Shown one piece after another: positions 1-13,156 of a stretch of 64,000 nucleotides of DNA (positions are counted from its first letter, which is position 1; every line of letters begins with the position of its first letter). The notes under the pieces were generated by a model. That model ran no database searches. It was not told the origin of the DNA and worked only from the letters and a program-made list of their open reading frames with translations. Source of the stretch: Octopus vulgaris. Its lineage: Eukaryota. The stretch is taken from contig OX597817.1 of the NCBI GenBank assembly GCA_951406725.2, positions 93,992,001 to 94,056,000 of the forward strand. The letters run 5' to 3'. A program made the translations under genes and the position numbers.

Positions 1-49
1 AAGAACAACAATTAACTGAGTTACAGTCGACGAAGTCCGAAAATCTAGG

Positions 50-2870
50 CAGCCCGTTTACGCCAAACGGCCTGGCTAACGCAATCTGAATTTACGTATA
101 ACCCAGAGGAGAGTATTATATTTCCCGCGTAATATAGAAGATACGAGAAAATTTTTAACAACGAGTGCAAGAGTGGAGGTCATGATTGAAAGAGCAGAAA
201 GTAAAGCTTTTACTACACAAGGTTGCTCCTGCCGAACATGAACGCTATTGTAAGTTTATTCTGCCCCCAAAATCGAGTGAGATTGTTTTCCAAGAAATCA
301 TGGAATTACTTTCAAAAGTTTTTTTGATAGAATCAACACCAGAATGAAGTGTTGTGACTTAATAAAAATTGAGGAGGAAGATTTTATTACCTACACCGGA
401 ATAGTCAACCGTATGTGCGAAAATTTCAAACACCATGATCTTACCCAGGATATCTTCAAGTTACTTACCTTCGTGCAAGAACTTACAGCACCTGAAGATA
501 GAGAAGTTCGGGCAAGGATTCTCTCGAAAATGGAAAAGCGAACCAGGATTTATCTCTACAGACCATCGCAGAAGAATGTCAGACTATGATAAATCCTAAA
601 CAAGATGTGAAAAAAATAAAGGATTCAAATGTGTTGTCCCGGGAAGCACAATAAAAAAACGTGTCAGGCCCTAATCTGTGTTATGGTTGTAGAGGCCAAC
701 TCTGCAAAAAGGATTGTCCGTTTAAAAGAAAAAAGTTCTATAGCTATTAGAAGCTGGGGCAACGAGGCTCAAACACAAAAAGTTCTAAGGTGTTTTCAGT
801 GGAGAGTGCTTGCGACGGAAAAGCAAGAAAATTTGTGCACGTTAAAATAAATGATGTGACTACCAAATTACAGTTACACACAGGTAGTAACATCTCGAAT
901 ATAAATGCAGATACTTAGAAAAAATTGGTAAACCGAGATTACGTAAAACAGCGAAAATAGCGCGTGGTGTAACAGGTGATAAATTACATTTCATGGGCAA
1001 AACATGTATCGACGTCACATTTCGAGGAGAGACACGCTAAGCAAAATTATTCGTTCTGGATAATACAATCAATCTCTTTAGTACAGATTGTTAGAACTAT
1101 TCGACTTATGGCACCTCCATTTTTACTGCGATAACATAAATGGTTGTCGCGTTAAAAACAAATGTCGGAAGCCTATTTACAGATAAAAGTAAATGAAAAA
1201 TGCTCAAAGTATTTGACAATAAATACACACAGAAGATTGTACAGATACACACGATTACTTCTTGGATTAAAAGTGGCCCCAGCAGTATTCCAGCAAATTA
1301 TGTATACTGGGTTATCTGATTGTGAATTTGCAGTCCCGTACTTGGACGATATTTTGATCAAGAGTAATTCTCGTGAACATCATGTGGAACACATAAAAGC
1401 TGTGTTTAAGAAAATTAAAGTTTTTGGGTTTTGAGTGGAGAAAAATACCAATTCTTTCTACCCTAAATTAAGTACTTTAGGAAAATAATTGATAAAATTG
1501 GTTGACGTACTGACTCGTCGGGAGCAGGCGCAATAAGGAATATGCCTGCACCGGCAAATATTCCAACTTTACAAGCGTTTCTTGGGTTGGCAAACTATTA
1601 TCAAAGCTACATTCCTAATATGCACAAGTTAAGAGCTCCATTGAACGACTCATTAAAAAAAGAAGTAAAGTGGAATTGATTCACTTTTGAAGAAATAAAA
1701 ATAAATCCTAAACTCAGACTTCTCGTTAACACATTACGATCCCGAAATAAAACATCATTGTAGCGTCCGATGCTTCCGAGCACAGATTAGGTGTAGTTTT
1801 AATTCATAAATACGAAGACGGAAGTACAAAACCAGTGGTTTATGTTTCGCGCACGCTAATAGCGGCAGAGAAAATATATAGTCAAATTGAAAATAAGGCC
1901 ATTGTAATTATTTTTGCAGTTAAAAAATTTCACAGGTTTCTGCATGGCAGAAGTTATTTTTATTGCAAACAGACCATAGACCTTTGCTTCGATTTATGTG
2001 TCTAAAAAAGGGTTAACGACTCATACTGCGAACCGCCTGCAGCGGTGAGGTGTAATATTACTAAATTATAATTTCAAAATGCAATACATTCCATCGAAAA
2101 AAATCGGTCATGCGAACTGCCTTTCGAGATTAATTCAAAAAAATATGGAACCATTAGAAGAGACTGTTGTGGCTGCACTGCAGGCAGAAAGTGAAATTAA
2201 AAGTGTTATGACGAATGTTATCCAAGAACTACCAGTGACGGCACAGGATATAAGAATGAAAGCTGTAAGTGATGAGTATATTGCGAAAATAAAAGAAGCC
2301 TTAAAAAATAAACAAAATAAAAATTGAGATGCCAGTAGCTTTTCAATTTGCGACGATATTTTGATGTATACCCAAAGAGTGGTGGTTCCAACTATATTAC
2401 AAAAAGGTGTATAGCAACAATTTCACAGCGGACATCCAGGAATGGCAAGAATGAAGTCTGATGAGGACTTAGTTATGTCTATTGGCCGTCTATGGATCAG
2501 GATATCGAAAACTTGGTGCGAATGTGCCGAGGTTGCGCGCTCCCAGTGTAAGCCCCGCCGGTAAAATATCAATTGTAGCTAGAGATGGAGAACCCATGGC
2601 CTAGATTACACATTGACTATACCGGATCGGTAAACGGCGCTTACTACCTAATCGTAGTAGATAGCTTTAGTAAGTGGCTGGAGGTTTTCAGGTGCTATAG
2701 ACCAACCTCTAAGACAACTATAAAGTTTTCAAACGAATTGGTTGCGTTATACGGTGTCCCTGACACGCCAGTTTCAGATAACAGAACGCAGTTCTCTGGG
2801 TATGAATTCAAGAACTTCTATAAAAGGTATGCGATAAAGCATATTTTCACTCCACCCTACCACCCGAGGT
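50..2870 (+). mobile_element. Degenerate Ty3/Gypsy LTR-retrotransposon internal region (gag-PR-RT-RNaseH-INT), with stops and frameshifts and no LTRs visible
   Basis: RT motifs AYLQI..TINTH.RLYRYTRL..G...AP.VFQ..M and YLDDILI (ORF 1162-1434). RNase H DAS (~1768) and QTDHRPL (~1965). Integrase H..HPG..RMK zinc finger (~2420-2460), then PWPRLHIDY, VVDSFSKWLEV, SDN, PPYHP (ORF 2585-2884). The domain order is Gypsy. Confidence 0.92.
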
Positions 2871-3194
2871 GTAGAAATATATGAATGTGTATGTATATGT
2901 AGGTTTATGAGTATTTGTTTATATGCATGAATGTATATGTGTGCTCGTGTGTGTGTTAGTATGTCCATATGTGTGTACATACATATGCATGTATATATGT
3001 GTGCGCAGAGATGTTGAACGTGTATACGTGTGCGTATGTTTATATGTGTGTGTGTGTGTGTTCGCGCGCGTGTGTTTATATGTATGTGTGTGAAGGTTTT
3101 TATGTTCGAGTGTTTATCTATGTGTGTATGCGTCTATGCTCATATGTGTGTTCTCTTATGTTGTGTATAAATGTGTGCATGCAGCAGTGCGCCT

Positions 3195-3390
3195 TTGCGT
3201 CTGTGTGCGTCCATCACCATCAACTGGTGTTGGGGTGCTTAAATACCCGTAACTTAACGGTTCGACAAAAGAAACCCGATAGAATGAGTAGCAAACATAT
3301 AAAAAATATGTACTGGGATCGTTTCATTCGGTTAAAAACTCTTCAAGGCAGTGCTCCATATGACCGCAGTCTAATGACTGAAACAAGTTA
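3195..3390 (+). mobile_element. SINE 3' fragment
   Basis: Tail ggcagtgctcc..atgaccgcagtctaatgactgaaacaagt matches the SINE tails at 44439-44495 and 56440-56500 (reverse). Confidence 0.75.
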
Positions 3391-3393
3391 AAC

Positions 3394-3427
<34 letters not shown>

Positions 3428-3429
3428 AC

Positions 3430-3596
3430 TACACGTGGGTTTTGGCGATTCCTACTCCTCCTCCTTCTTAGGACTTTTCTCTTTCTCCTTTTCGATGAAG
3501 AGCTATGCATCAAACTTTACACTCTCTCCTTTCACCGAGGGTCAAGCTTGTACACGTCGTCATTTCTTTTTTCATTTCTATCCATTTATTTGAATT

Positions 3597-3600
<4 letters not shown>
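3430..3600 (+). mobile_element. (TA)n-flanked PLE-type short element with a decayed hammerhead-like motif
   Basis: TCGATGA-A-GAGC-TAT-GCAT-CAAAC at ~3492-3515. It ends tttgaattgacta(TA)n, like the copies at 30605-30750 and 51250-51445. Confidence 0.55.
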
Positions 3601-3650
<50 letters not shown>

Positions 3651-3812
3651 GTATAAAGTGAATAAAAGAAAATGGAGAAGAAAACTTAAAAAAGAGGCTT
3701 GGTTCATTTTATTTGTATTACAATTGTAAAAGTAATGCAAATAAAAAGATATGCATATAAGAACAGGTATAAAAGGAACCGCATCAACAAAATAACCCCC
3801 AAATATCCCAAA

Positions 3813-3897
3813 ATATATTCCACATATGTTTCAATATAACAATATTTTAGAATCAACGTAATAAGCGGAATATTGTTAGATCTCTTCAGGAAAAATA
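3813..3897 (-). ncRNA. Degenerate minimal type-I hammerhead motif with long stem II
   Basis: Minus strand: TTTTC CTGAAGA GA TCTAACAATATT...AATATTGTTATA TT GAAA CATATG TG GAA. Stem III is palindromic (ACATATGT). Position 17 is G, so the copy is probably inactive. Confidence 0.55.
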
Positions 3898-3999
3898 AGT
3901 ATATTTTAGTCTTGAGTTACGAAATGACTTACTTGAAGAATATATATAGGAATTTTCAAATGTAAACAAACACGTGTTTGTTTACATTTGAGAATTCCG

Positions 4000-4530
4000 A
4001 AACATAGTCCTCGAAACATACAGTTTATGGGAAAGAATGCTTGAATGAAAGAACTTGCAGAAGATGGTTTGCAAAATTTAGAAGTGGCCATTTCAGTCCT
4101 GTTTTTACTGTTTTGTTCTCACTCTCCTGTTCTTGTTACCACTTTCCCCCTCCGCAGAAAATCCCAAATTTTATTTAATTTGCTTTGCAGGAAGGATTGT
4201 TTGAACGAAGTCGTGTATTGTCCTTGCCTTCGAACTCGGAGTAGATGAAACAGGGACAACTGAAGAAGGGGAATATTCTTTTTGTTGCATGTCTCGTTTA
4301 TCTGTCTGTTTTTTTCGTTGTTCCAAAAAAAGTTCGTTTCTATGTTTTTGTTTTTATGTTTTCGTTTCTCATTGTGCTCAACATTTTTTTTAATGTCCTG
4401 TACCCATATATGCATGTATATATACATATATATGTAGGTATGTACATATATGTATGTATATATGCATATATTCATATATTATTTATATTATTATATGATC
4501 GAACGCCACGCATCCTTTTCCAAGTAAGTT
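4000..4530. repeat. Interspersed repeat, with related copies at ~31800-32170 and ~32500-32750
   Basis: Shared blocks gagtagatg..cag..acaactga.gaaggg, cccatatatgcat(TA)n and gaacgcc.cgcatcc.tttccaagtaagttt. Confidence 0.65.
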
Positions 4531-4656
<126 letters not shown>

Positions 4657-4659
4657 GTT

Positions 4660-5085
4660 AAGTATACTAGCCATCTCAATATGGCTAACCACTAAGAGTG
4701 GGTGTTACTGAAGCTTTTAGCCCCATGAGATCATCGTCTCCAGCTGGCTTTAGACACACTTTCTGTGCCCTCATGATATTCGCAAAGGGAGGTCATCCCC
4801 TCTCGTAAACCTAAGTGATACGCGCGGACTATAGTTTCGAGTCCGTGACGAGAGGTAAAAACCTCGAAACTATAGTCCGCGCGTATCATTTAGGTTTACG
4901 AGAGGGGATGACCTCCCTTTGCGAATATCATAAGGGCACAGAAAGTGTGTCTAAAGCCAGCTGGAGACGATGATCTCCTGGGGCTAAAAGCTTCCCTTAG
5001 TGGTTAGCCATATTGAGATGGCTAGTATACTTTACGTTGTCGAGCGGTTACTGTTTACATCTCGTTCAGAGATTTATTATTGCTT
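4660..5085. mobile_element. Foldback element in (TA)n with a central hammerhead motif (putative PLE-derived)
   Basis: Inverted arms 4660-4841 and 4863-5032 are nearly identical. Centre reads TGACGA GAGGT AAAA ACCTC GAAA CTATAG TC CGCG (4846-4881). Confidence 0.85.
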
Positions 5086-5139
5086 ATATGTATATGTATA
5101 TATATATCCACACATATATATGCATACACCTGTTATATA

Positions 5140-5410
5140 TCGATGGTTCCATTTGATCCGATCAACGGAACAGACTGCTCTTGAAATTAACGTGCAAGTG
5201 ACTGAGCACTCCTCAGACACACGTAACCCTCCATGTAGTTCTCAGGGAGATTCAGCGTGTCACAGAATGTGATAAGGCGGACTCTTTAAATTACAGGTAC
5301 TACTCATTTTTGCTAGCTGAATAAATTAGAGCAACGTGAAGTAAAGTGACTCCTTCAAGGATACGCACCGCAGGGAATCGAACTCACGACCTTATGATCG
5401 TCAGCCAACA
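5140..5410 (-). mobile_element. tRNA-derived SINE (second family)
   Basis: B-box-like GTTCGATTCCC on the minus strand at ~5373-5383. The block agcaacgtgaa.t.aa.t is shared with the copy at 34850-35000. Confidence 0.65.
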
Positions 5411-5411
5411 G

Positions 5412-5451
<40 letters not shown>

Positions 5452-6050
5452 TTCTGTTGTGCGAGGTTATACGCTACAATGTATATATGTATGACAGGTA
5501 CTTAAGATAATTTCAGCTTATATTTCAGTATGGCAAGGATGTGATGCTTGTGTTTGTGTGTGTGTGTGTGTGTGTGTGCGTGTGTGTATGTGTGTGCGTG
5601 TGTGCGCGGGCACTTCCATGTACGTGTGAGTGCGCGCATGTGTGATAAGCTATACGTATGCATTTTTTCATATGAATGTTTGTGTATGTGTAAGTGTCAG
5701 CCGTGTAGAATGTGTCTGTATTTGTGTATTTGTGCATGTGTATGCATACATTTATGCGCTTGAGCAAGTGTAGTTGTAATCACATATCTATATGTATACG
5801 TATGTATTTATACTTATGCGTGTTGTTCTTTTTTGTGTATGTGTCAATACGTGTTTATATACGTACATGTATACATACGTACATAGATACATACATGCAT
5901 ATGTATATATATATACACACACACACGTACTTATATATATATGTGTGTGTGTGTGTGTGCATTTAGTTTTGTAAATGTATATAAGGGTTTTTGAGTATGT
6001 ATTCGTAAGTATGTGGATATGTTTATGGTGAAGATAGCAGTGACGGAGAA

Positions 6051-6530
6051 TCTCTTATTATAAAAGGCAGATTTCATCTGCCTCCCTTTGTCAGTTATAG
6101 AAATCTACAATATAGGATTTCTTCAATTACAATTTACCTAGCATTTTTAAGAGTAGAATGCATCGGGTCATGCCAGGTCCAGTTTTTAAAATTTAAACTC
6201 CAATTAAGCAAAATTTACAGAAAACTCACATTCTGGTGTGTATGTCAAATGCTTTTCTTAATGTGGTTTACACCACACGCACACGCACACACACAGTGTG
6301 CAACGAATAAAATGAAAGTAATTCACTCTGTGTGTGTTGACAGGTAGGCAATAGAATGCGATGGCGATGGCGATGGCGATGTAATATTTGTTTCTGTCTA
6401 TCACGCTGATAGATACATGAGTAAAATGTATGGCAAGCTAAGAGATAAGAGTGAGTGAAAATGTTCTTGGAAGAGAGTAAATAGCGAGAGTGATTTGAGG
6501 AAGACTTTACATTAAATAACCGTAGTGGCT
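6051..6530 (+). mobile_element. Possible Helitron-like 5' portion
   Basis: Starts A|TCTCTTATTATAAAAGGCAG, resembling the 5' end of the element at 7633. No CTRR 3' end was found. Confidence 0.35.
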
Positions 6531-6567
<37 letters not shown>

Positions 6568-6568
<1 letters not shown>

Positions 6569-6835
6569 CATAAGACAGTAAGGTGTGATCTGAGGGAGAT
6601 TTGGCTGCTATTTCTACCATGTCTAGCTGCCATGTAGGGGTCTCCCTCATAGGCTCATACATACATATATACATAGATAAGACAGTAAGGTGTGATTTGG
6701 GGGAAATTTGGCTGCTATTTCTACCAGGTCTAGCTACCATGTAGAGGTCCCCCTCATTGGCTCATATATATATACATACATAAGACAGTAAGGTGTGATT
6801 TGAGGGAGATTTGGCTGCTGTTTCTACCAGGTCTG
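6568..6835. repeat. ~105-bp tandem repeat, about 2.5 copies
   Basis: taagacagtaaggtgtgat.tg.ggga.atttggctgct.tttctacca.gtct recurs at ~6571, ~6678 and ~6781. Confidence 0.9.
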
Positions 6836-6899
6836 TTAGGCCTTCTCATGTAAACTCAAGCTTTCTCATGCCTTGAACATAAGACCAAAGCAGAGAATG

Positions 6900-7130
6900 T
6901 ATTCTTTTATTCTTCTGCTTTTTCCAGCCATTGGTCTGTTGCCATGCTGGGGCAATGCCTTGAAGAATTGTAGTTTAATGAATCAACTCCAGTTTTATTT
7001 TTGTAAGCATTGTACTTATTCTATCTGTTTCCTTTGTCAAACCACTAGGTGACAGGGATGTAAACAAACCAACATTCGTTGTCAAGCAGTGGTGGAGGAC
7101 AATCACAAGCACAGACACGCACACACACAC
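6900..7130 (-). mobile_element. SINE 3' half
   Basis: gccatgctggggca.tgccttgaag ... gttgtcaagcagtggtggaggaca is shared with 50600-51030 and 56430-56830. Confidence 0.75.
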
Positions 7131-7197
7131 ACATACATGCATACACATATACACACATACATACATACATATATATATATATGTGTGTATATATATA

Positions 7198-7522
7198 TTG
7201 CAGCGAGGAAGGTGTTTGTAAGCCATTTAAGAAACACACAAAAACCGTTAGATTCACTTCAACATCTAAATTTAATTTGCCAAAATATTTTCCTCGCTTT
7301 GAGACCGCGACCTGTTCACTGACAAAAATATCATGCTAACAGGTCGCGGTCTCAAAGCGACGAAAATATTTTGACAAATTAAATTTAAATGTTGAAGTGA
7401 ATCTAACGGTTTTTGTGTGTTTCTTAAATGGCTTATAAACACCTTCAACACTGCAACTGTTTTCGTTCCAGCACACGATCTCAGATCAAGTCACTTGCTA
7501 TGCAAGTACATCTCTGTAACTA
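7198..7522. mobile_element. Foldback element in (TA)n with a central G3-C8 hammerhead
   Basis: Inverted arms 7198-7316 and 7338-7456; the right arm continues to the (TA)n at ~7522. Minus-strand HHR at 7326-7276. Confidence 0.85.
7276..7326 (-). ncRNA. Minimal type-I hammerhead, G3-C8 variant
   Basis: TTTGTCA GTGAACA G GTCGC ggtctcaaa GCGAG GAAA ATAT TT TGGCAAA. The opposite arm gives GCGAC and TGACAAA, which makes stems I and II perfect. Confidence 0.7.
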
Positions 7523-7528
7523 TATATA

Positions 7529-7569
<41 letters not shown>

Positions 7570-7632
7570 TGGTAAAAACAGTAAGATAACAAAAGAAAGA
7601 AAGAGACCTCAATATTATGTAAATAGAGGAAA

Positions 7633-8026
7633 TCTTTATATATAAAAGTGAGGTTGTGTGTCTGTCTCCTACGATTTAGATTCCTAACTACTCCCACATT
7701 TTGCGGTGCAGTTTCACCAAAACCGGGTATCTTATAGTCGTGATTCATATCGAGACCATCTGGGTATTAGCACGCGTCTACGATGAGTCTACGATTTAAA
7801 AAAAAATTACCATCAATTTTTCCCATTTTTAATCCATTTTTGACATATATAAGGGAAGTAACTCTCTAAAATTTATTATTAAATCTCAGAACGTAAAAAG
7901 CTACAGTAACACCCCTCCCCCTTTGTGGTTAGCCATATTGAGATGGCTATTATACTTTACATCTCTAAAAATGCTTATATAATTATTTCCCTTACAAATC
8001 CGAGCAACGCCGGGCGATACTGCTAG
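7633..8026 (+). mobile_element. Non-autonomous Helitron (394 bp)
   Basis: 5' A|TCTTTATATATAAAAG. 3' GC-rich imperfect hairpin CCGAGCAACGCCGGG, then ..CTAG|T. Inserted between A and T with no TSD. Confidence 0.85.
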
Positions 8027-9289
8027 TATTAAATATTTAATGAGATTACAAACTAAGAATTAGCATGAATCTTTTTAATAATAATGAAATGTTTATACGA
8101 ACCCTAACCACAATGCTAATATCCTTGTTTTCTCCTCTCTCAGTCGACTAAGGAGAAAGCCTCTTTAGGTTTGCTAGAAATGGAAGGAATGGCAAAAGAC
8201 ATCAACTTTTATAGCAAGTATCTAAACTGGTGTACGACTAGATAGCTCCCCAGTTCATTGGTAATCCATAACCCTAAAACTAATTATAAGGATTCACAAC
8301 GATCCAAAATCGGTTCTTTTATGCGGTCGATATATTTGCTAGAAATATATATATGCGCTTCAGTAACTGCTGACAAATGATATGTATGTAAATAAGTATA
8401 TGTCTATTTATTCGTTCATACAAATATGTGTTCGTACCTTTTACATTTTCAAAACATTTTCTTTCTGTTTCTCTCCCTTATTTTTCTCTCTTCACATTTC
8501 CTCTCATCTCCCTCTTTCCATCTCCCATCCAAGGTAACCCATTTATGTCAAGGCTGATGATGCTTTTCCGCAGCTCGTGTTTTCTTTGATTGGGTACCTG
8601 TTGACCTGGTATATTTTTGCTATGGAAACATTCAGTAAAGAGTTAGAGGAAGGAATGAGTAACTATACGCCGGAGGAGAATCTGGTCGTCAACGGAGACC
8701 AACTGCATGGGTTTGTTTTAGTCAACTTTCAGGTGAACCCTATGAATAACTTTTCCAAAACCCTGGCCTTGAAGTGCTTCCGGAGGGCACTACCTGTTCG
8801 GTATAAGCTTGATAGATACTGGAATACCGCAAGTCAACCCTATTTTAGACAACAACTGTTGTCGACATGCTCCTTCATGCTCCCAACATGGCTGATACCA
8901 TGAACGCCTGTGTAGGATGAATGTGGCTGGCCTCAAGTAGGTCAGCTCCTACGCCCCTCTATTGTATGAAGTTGCATACATCTGCCTTAAGGATATAGTC
9001 AAAAGGTGCACAGAATACACGGGTAAAAGGCTTCGGAACAGACTTCTTTCTGTCCCATTAGCCCCTCATTAACTTTTTAAGTAATATTTGCAGCAAAATG
9101 TGAGCGTGGAGAAAAAGGTGCTGCCCTAAATCAAATTTAATGGCGGCACGTAGCAAAAGTAGTACACAAGAGAGAGAGAGTCGAGTCATAATTTCTACCT
9201 GTTCGTCTTTTGGAGCAGAAGAGAATGGAGTCAATGGTGGTTTTCCCCCATTGGACTTAGGAACCTCTCTTTAAGTTTTATCATCATCA

Positions 9290-9544
9290 TTGTCTATATT
9301 TTCGCTTACAGTTCCCAATGCACTAATTATTATGGGCACAACGTTTACAATTTTCATACTTCAAATTCTTGCATTATTATTATTTATGGATTTTTCTTCT
9401 TCTTTCAAATTTGCTTCCATTTCTTGCCGAGTGTCTTCCCGACTCCTAGGGCAAAGAAACTCATAGTATACATTGGTAGGCCATTAAACTAAACTCACTA
9501 GTTCGTTCATTTTTTTTTTGATAGTAATAAAGTTAAATTAAAAT

Positions 9545-9545
<1 letters not shown>
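9290..9545 (-). mobile_element. R4/Dong LINE 3' scraps: a C-terminal piece plus an isolated 3'UTR copy
   Basis: Minus strand encodes VNVVPIIISALGTV. 9390-9545 closely matches the 3'UTR at 15885-16040. Confidence 0.75.
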
Positions 9546-9688
<143 letters not shown>

Positions 9689-9689
9689 C

Positions 9690-12600
9690 CTTCGTAACAC
9701 AGTGTAGATAAAAATGCACCGGAGTCTTTAGTCATCTGTCAAGTCACAACAAGGATATCAGGCAGAAAATACTTTCCTTAGATGTGCGCTGTGCCCAATA
9801 AGGCTGCTTTCTGCAAGACATCAATCTTCCATGGGATTTCTATTTGCCTTAAGAGGTCTTGAAGTTTCAATGGGATTGAGTCCAACGCTCCGATCACCAC
9901 TGGTATCATGTTTACATTACACTCTCGCATTCCATAGTCTTGCCATTTCCACTTTCAATTCGGAGTAATTGGTGAGTTTTCCAACCTCTTTTCTCACAAC
10001 ATTCAAGTCATTTGGTATGGCTACATCAATGATCTGACAGTATTTGTCTCTCCTATTCAATATGACAATAAAATACCGACGGTGTTCGATTACACTATCC
10101 GTCTGAAACTCATAGTCCCAGAGTATCGTTACTTTCCCATCCTCCTGCATAACTTTACTTGGTACATGCTCTTACCAGTTCTATGTTACTTCATATTGGA
10201 ATTTACGGTATAAGAGCTAATGATGATACACACACACTTTATCATGGTGGCGCTTGTATTCTTTTTGCGCCAGGATCTCACATCCACTTACCAAGTAGGT
10301 CTCTTTTTCCACACCCTTTCCACAGAGTCTGCATTTCTGGGTGTCAGAAGTTTTATACATGTTATTCTTCACTAAATTGGTAGAGAGAATCTGGTCTTGC
10401 GTAGCAATCATCAGGCTTTCGCTTCAAATCACGTTGCTTCAAATCACGTTGCTCAAGCCATGCCCGTGATGCTGTATTATCCTTAACATCCTGTGTATTC
10501 CTATCAAACTGTCTCATTTGCATTCTCAGTTCAAGAAGGTCTTCTTTTCTCTTCTCTTCCGCTCTTTGGTTAAACTCTACCTTGCCCATCATTTCATCTG
10601 CACTTACACTATTTATCAAATAGTCGGCAAGCGTTCTCTTTCACTCTTTATACAATGGTCTATACTAATTAGTCATCTGCCACCATTCTTTCTTTTCATA
10701 TACAGCCTGTTTACGTTTGCTTTAGGGCGTAGCGCTCTATGCAGCGTCATCAATTTTCTCGTCCTATCTAGTATTGATATTTCCTCCGTAGTCCACTTGA
10801 AGATGGACGCACTATACCTGACCACCGCTACTGCTCAGATATTCATTGCAGTAATCAAATTTTTGGCATTCAGTTTGGATTTCATCACTATTTCAACCTT
10901 TTTTGGTACGCCTCGCTGACTTTGACTTTCATTTCACTGTGTAGAATGTCATCCAGCTCCAAAATCCCTAAATATCTATATTCACTACCGTCGGGTTCAC
11001 CCATGGCCTCTCTTGATGGTAACTGCAATACTCTGTTTCCTTTCCTCTTTTCATATTAAGTACTGAGAATTTGGTACTCCCAAATTCCATACCGATGTCC
11101 CTACTACACATCTGGACTGTTTTGGTTAAGGAATCTATCTGTTTTTCGGATTTCCCAAGCAATTTTAGTTCATCCATAACCTGAAGATGGTTCAATGATA
11201 GGCTTTTCTTCTTACATCAGTAACCCATCTTGACTTCCCTATGTGTCATTGTTATGGGTATTAGTGCAATTACAAATAGTAGAGGAGAAAAGAGGTCATC
11301 TTGGAAGATGCCCCTTTTAATATTAACTTCTCCAAGGAATACATTACTTGAGTACAATTTGGTTTTCCACTCTTTCATTGTGATATTGTCGTCAGCAACA
11401 CCAAACATCTGCAGGCAGGCTTTCAACGATCCAAAAATGAGGCATCATATTTTATGCCTTTTTAAAGTCAAAGCAAGTGATAGACATATTTGTATGATGT
11501 TTTTTTTTTTACAATGCCTCAAAACTGTTTTATCGATGACCAGATGATCCATGGTACCCTGAGAACCCTTCCTACATCCTTTTTGTTCCATTGGCAGTAT
11601 TTCCTCCTGTGCCAGGAAAGTATGTCTTTGCCGCACATATTCCAGTGAGTATCTTCTAGATTATGTTTAGGCATGCTATGGGATGGTAATTTTCCACAAT
11701 ATTCCTCTTTCTTCAATCTTTCATTATAAGTGTTGTCCTCCCAGTCACCATCCACGCGGGGACTGTACCTTTCTGGACACACTCATTCAATTGGGCTGTT
11801 AGTCTTTCATGCACCGCGTGGCATCTCTTCAGCCAAAAACCATAAATCCCATCTGGTCCGGAGACTTTCCAGTTAGGCACTTTACCCACATTTGTTCTTT
11901 CACGTCAATCGTGCTTATGACAATATTCCTTTGTTTCTTTCCTCCTTGTAATTCTGTTTGATAGTCCCTATCTATATTGCATCCCTTTTATACACCACAT
12001 TGTTTCTCCATAATCCGCTCCAGAACTCCTTGGCTTGATTTGCATTAGGAGCAACATTTTCCCCATTGTCTCCTTCTAACGTTCGGAAGAATTGCTTCGG
12101 GTTATTTTTGAACAATCTGTTCTCGAACTGCTTATTTCTGTTCACAAAATGTTCCTAGATCTTGCCTTGCTCGCATTATGTCCCTTTCAATGCGTCGTTT
12201 CCACCATGGTTGTTTTGCCTCACCAATTTTTTGTTCTCTTAAGTTGTAATTTCAACAAGCAGTGCAATAGCTCAGAGACGATTCCTTGTTTGTGTTACGT
12301 CCTCCATCTATATGTATGGCATGACAGTGTTTATCTTTTGTGCTACTTTATTTATCATATTCATGGGAATTTTTTTCTTCTGGTGCATTCATCAAGTCGG
12401 TGAGTCGTCTTTGAATTTCAAGTAAATCATTATCTAGTTGGTTCATTTCCCCTGCATATCCGCCCACCACAATACCAGTGTTCACTGTATAACATTTCTG
12501 TTCCTCATCCTTAACAGCCCCATCACCATTTCCCTGATGTTCCTGTGTACTCTTCTCCCTGCTTTCAACTCCTACCTCTCTATTTTCAACTTTGATTATT

Positions 12601-12990
12601 CTTTGTACCTCTTCCGCAGGGTCTCTCAGACCCTCACTAATCCGAGATATTTCTACTCCAATTAAGTAACCCTTCCTCCTAATCACTCTCACTTGGTTCA
12701 TTAGCATATTTTTTGACATTGGACACATGTCCTTTTCTATCCAAAATTTCAAGGTACGTCGGTCTACTCCACAACTTCTTTCCAGCTTTGCTCTTTCAAG
12801 ACATTTAATAAGTGTATCGTACTTTTCCATCGTCCGCTTATGACTGTTTCTGCGCACACCGTGTACGTGATCTGTTGTGACATAACGACCGTCTGAGGCC
12901 AGATCACTGTTCCTGATGCGGGCAATTTTGGACTTGCCGGGCGGGAAACCTTCACCATGATCGCCTATAGTTCCATTCTCGCCGTTAATT
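9690..12990 (-). mobile_element. Near full-length degenerate R4/Dong-clade non-LTR retrotransposon (RT, CCHC, REL endonuclease)
   Basis: EQKGCRKGSQGTMDHLVIDK, RGIFQDDLFSPLLF, NHLQVMDELKL, CRLCGK..ET..LVSGC..LAQKEYKRHHDKV, TILWD...QTD..IEHRR..., IIDVAIP, LQKAALLGTAHI. Bounded by trinucleotide tracts at both ends. Confidence 0.9.
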
Positions 12991-13012
12991 CTTTCATTGT
13001 TATTGTTGCTGT

Positions 13013-13057
<45 letters not shown>

Positions 13058-13079
13058 CACTACCACCACCACCACCACC

Positions 13080-13155
<76 letters not shown>
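13013..13155. repeat. (CTA)n(CCA)n(CTA)n compound microsatellite
   Basis: Direct reading. Confidence 0.98.
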
Positions 13156-13156
13156 T

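Noticed and set aside
7198-7456. A-to-G differences between foldback arms as a fossil of ADAR editing
   Set aside because: Only a few such differences among other substitution types; not distinguishable from ordinary transitions.
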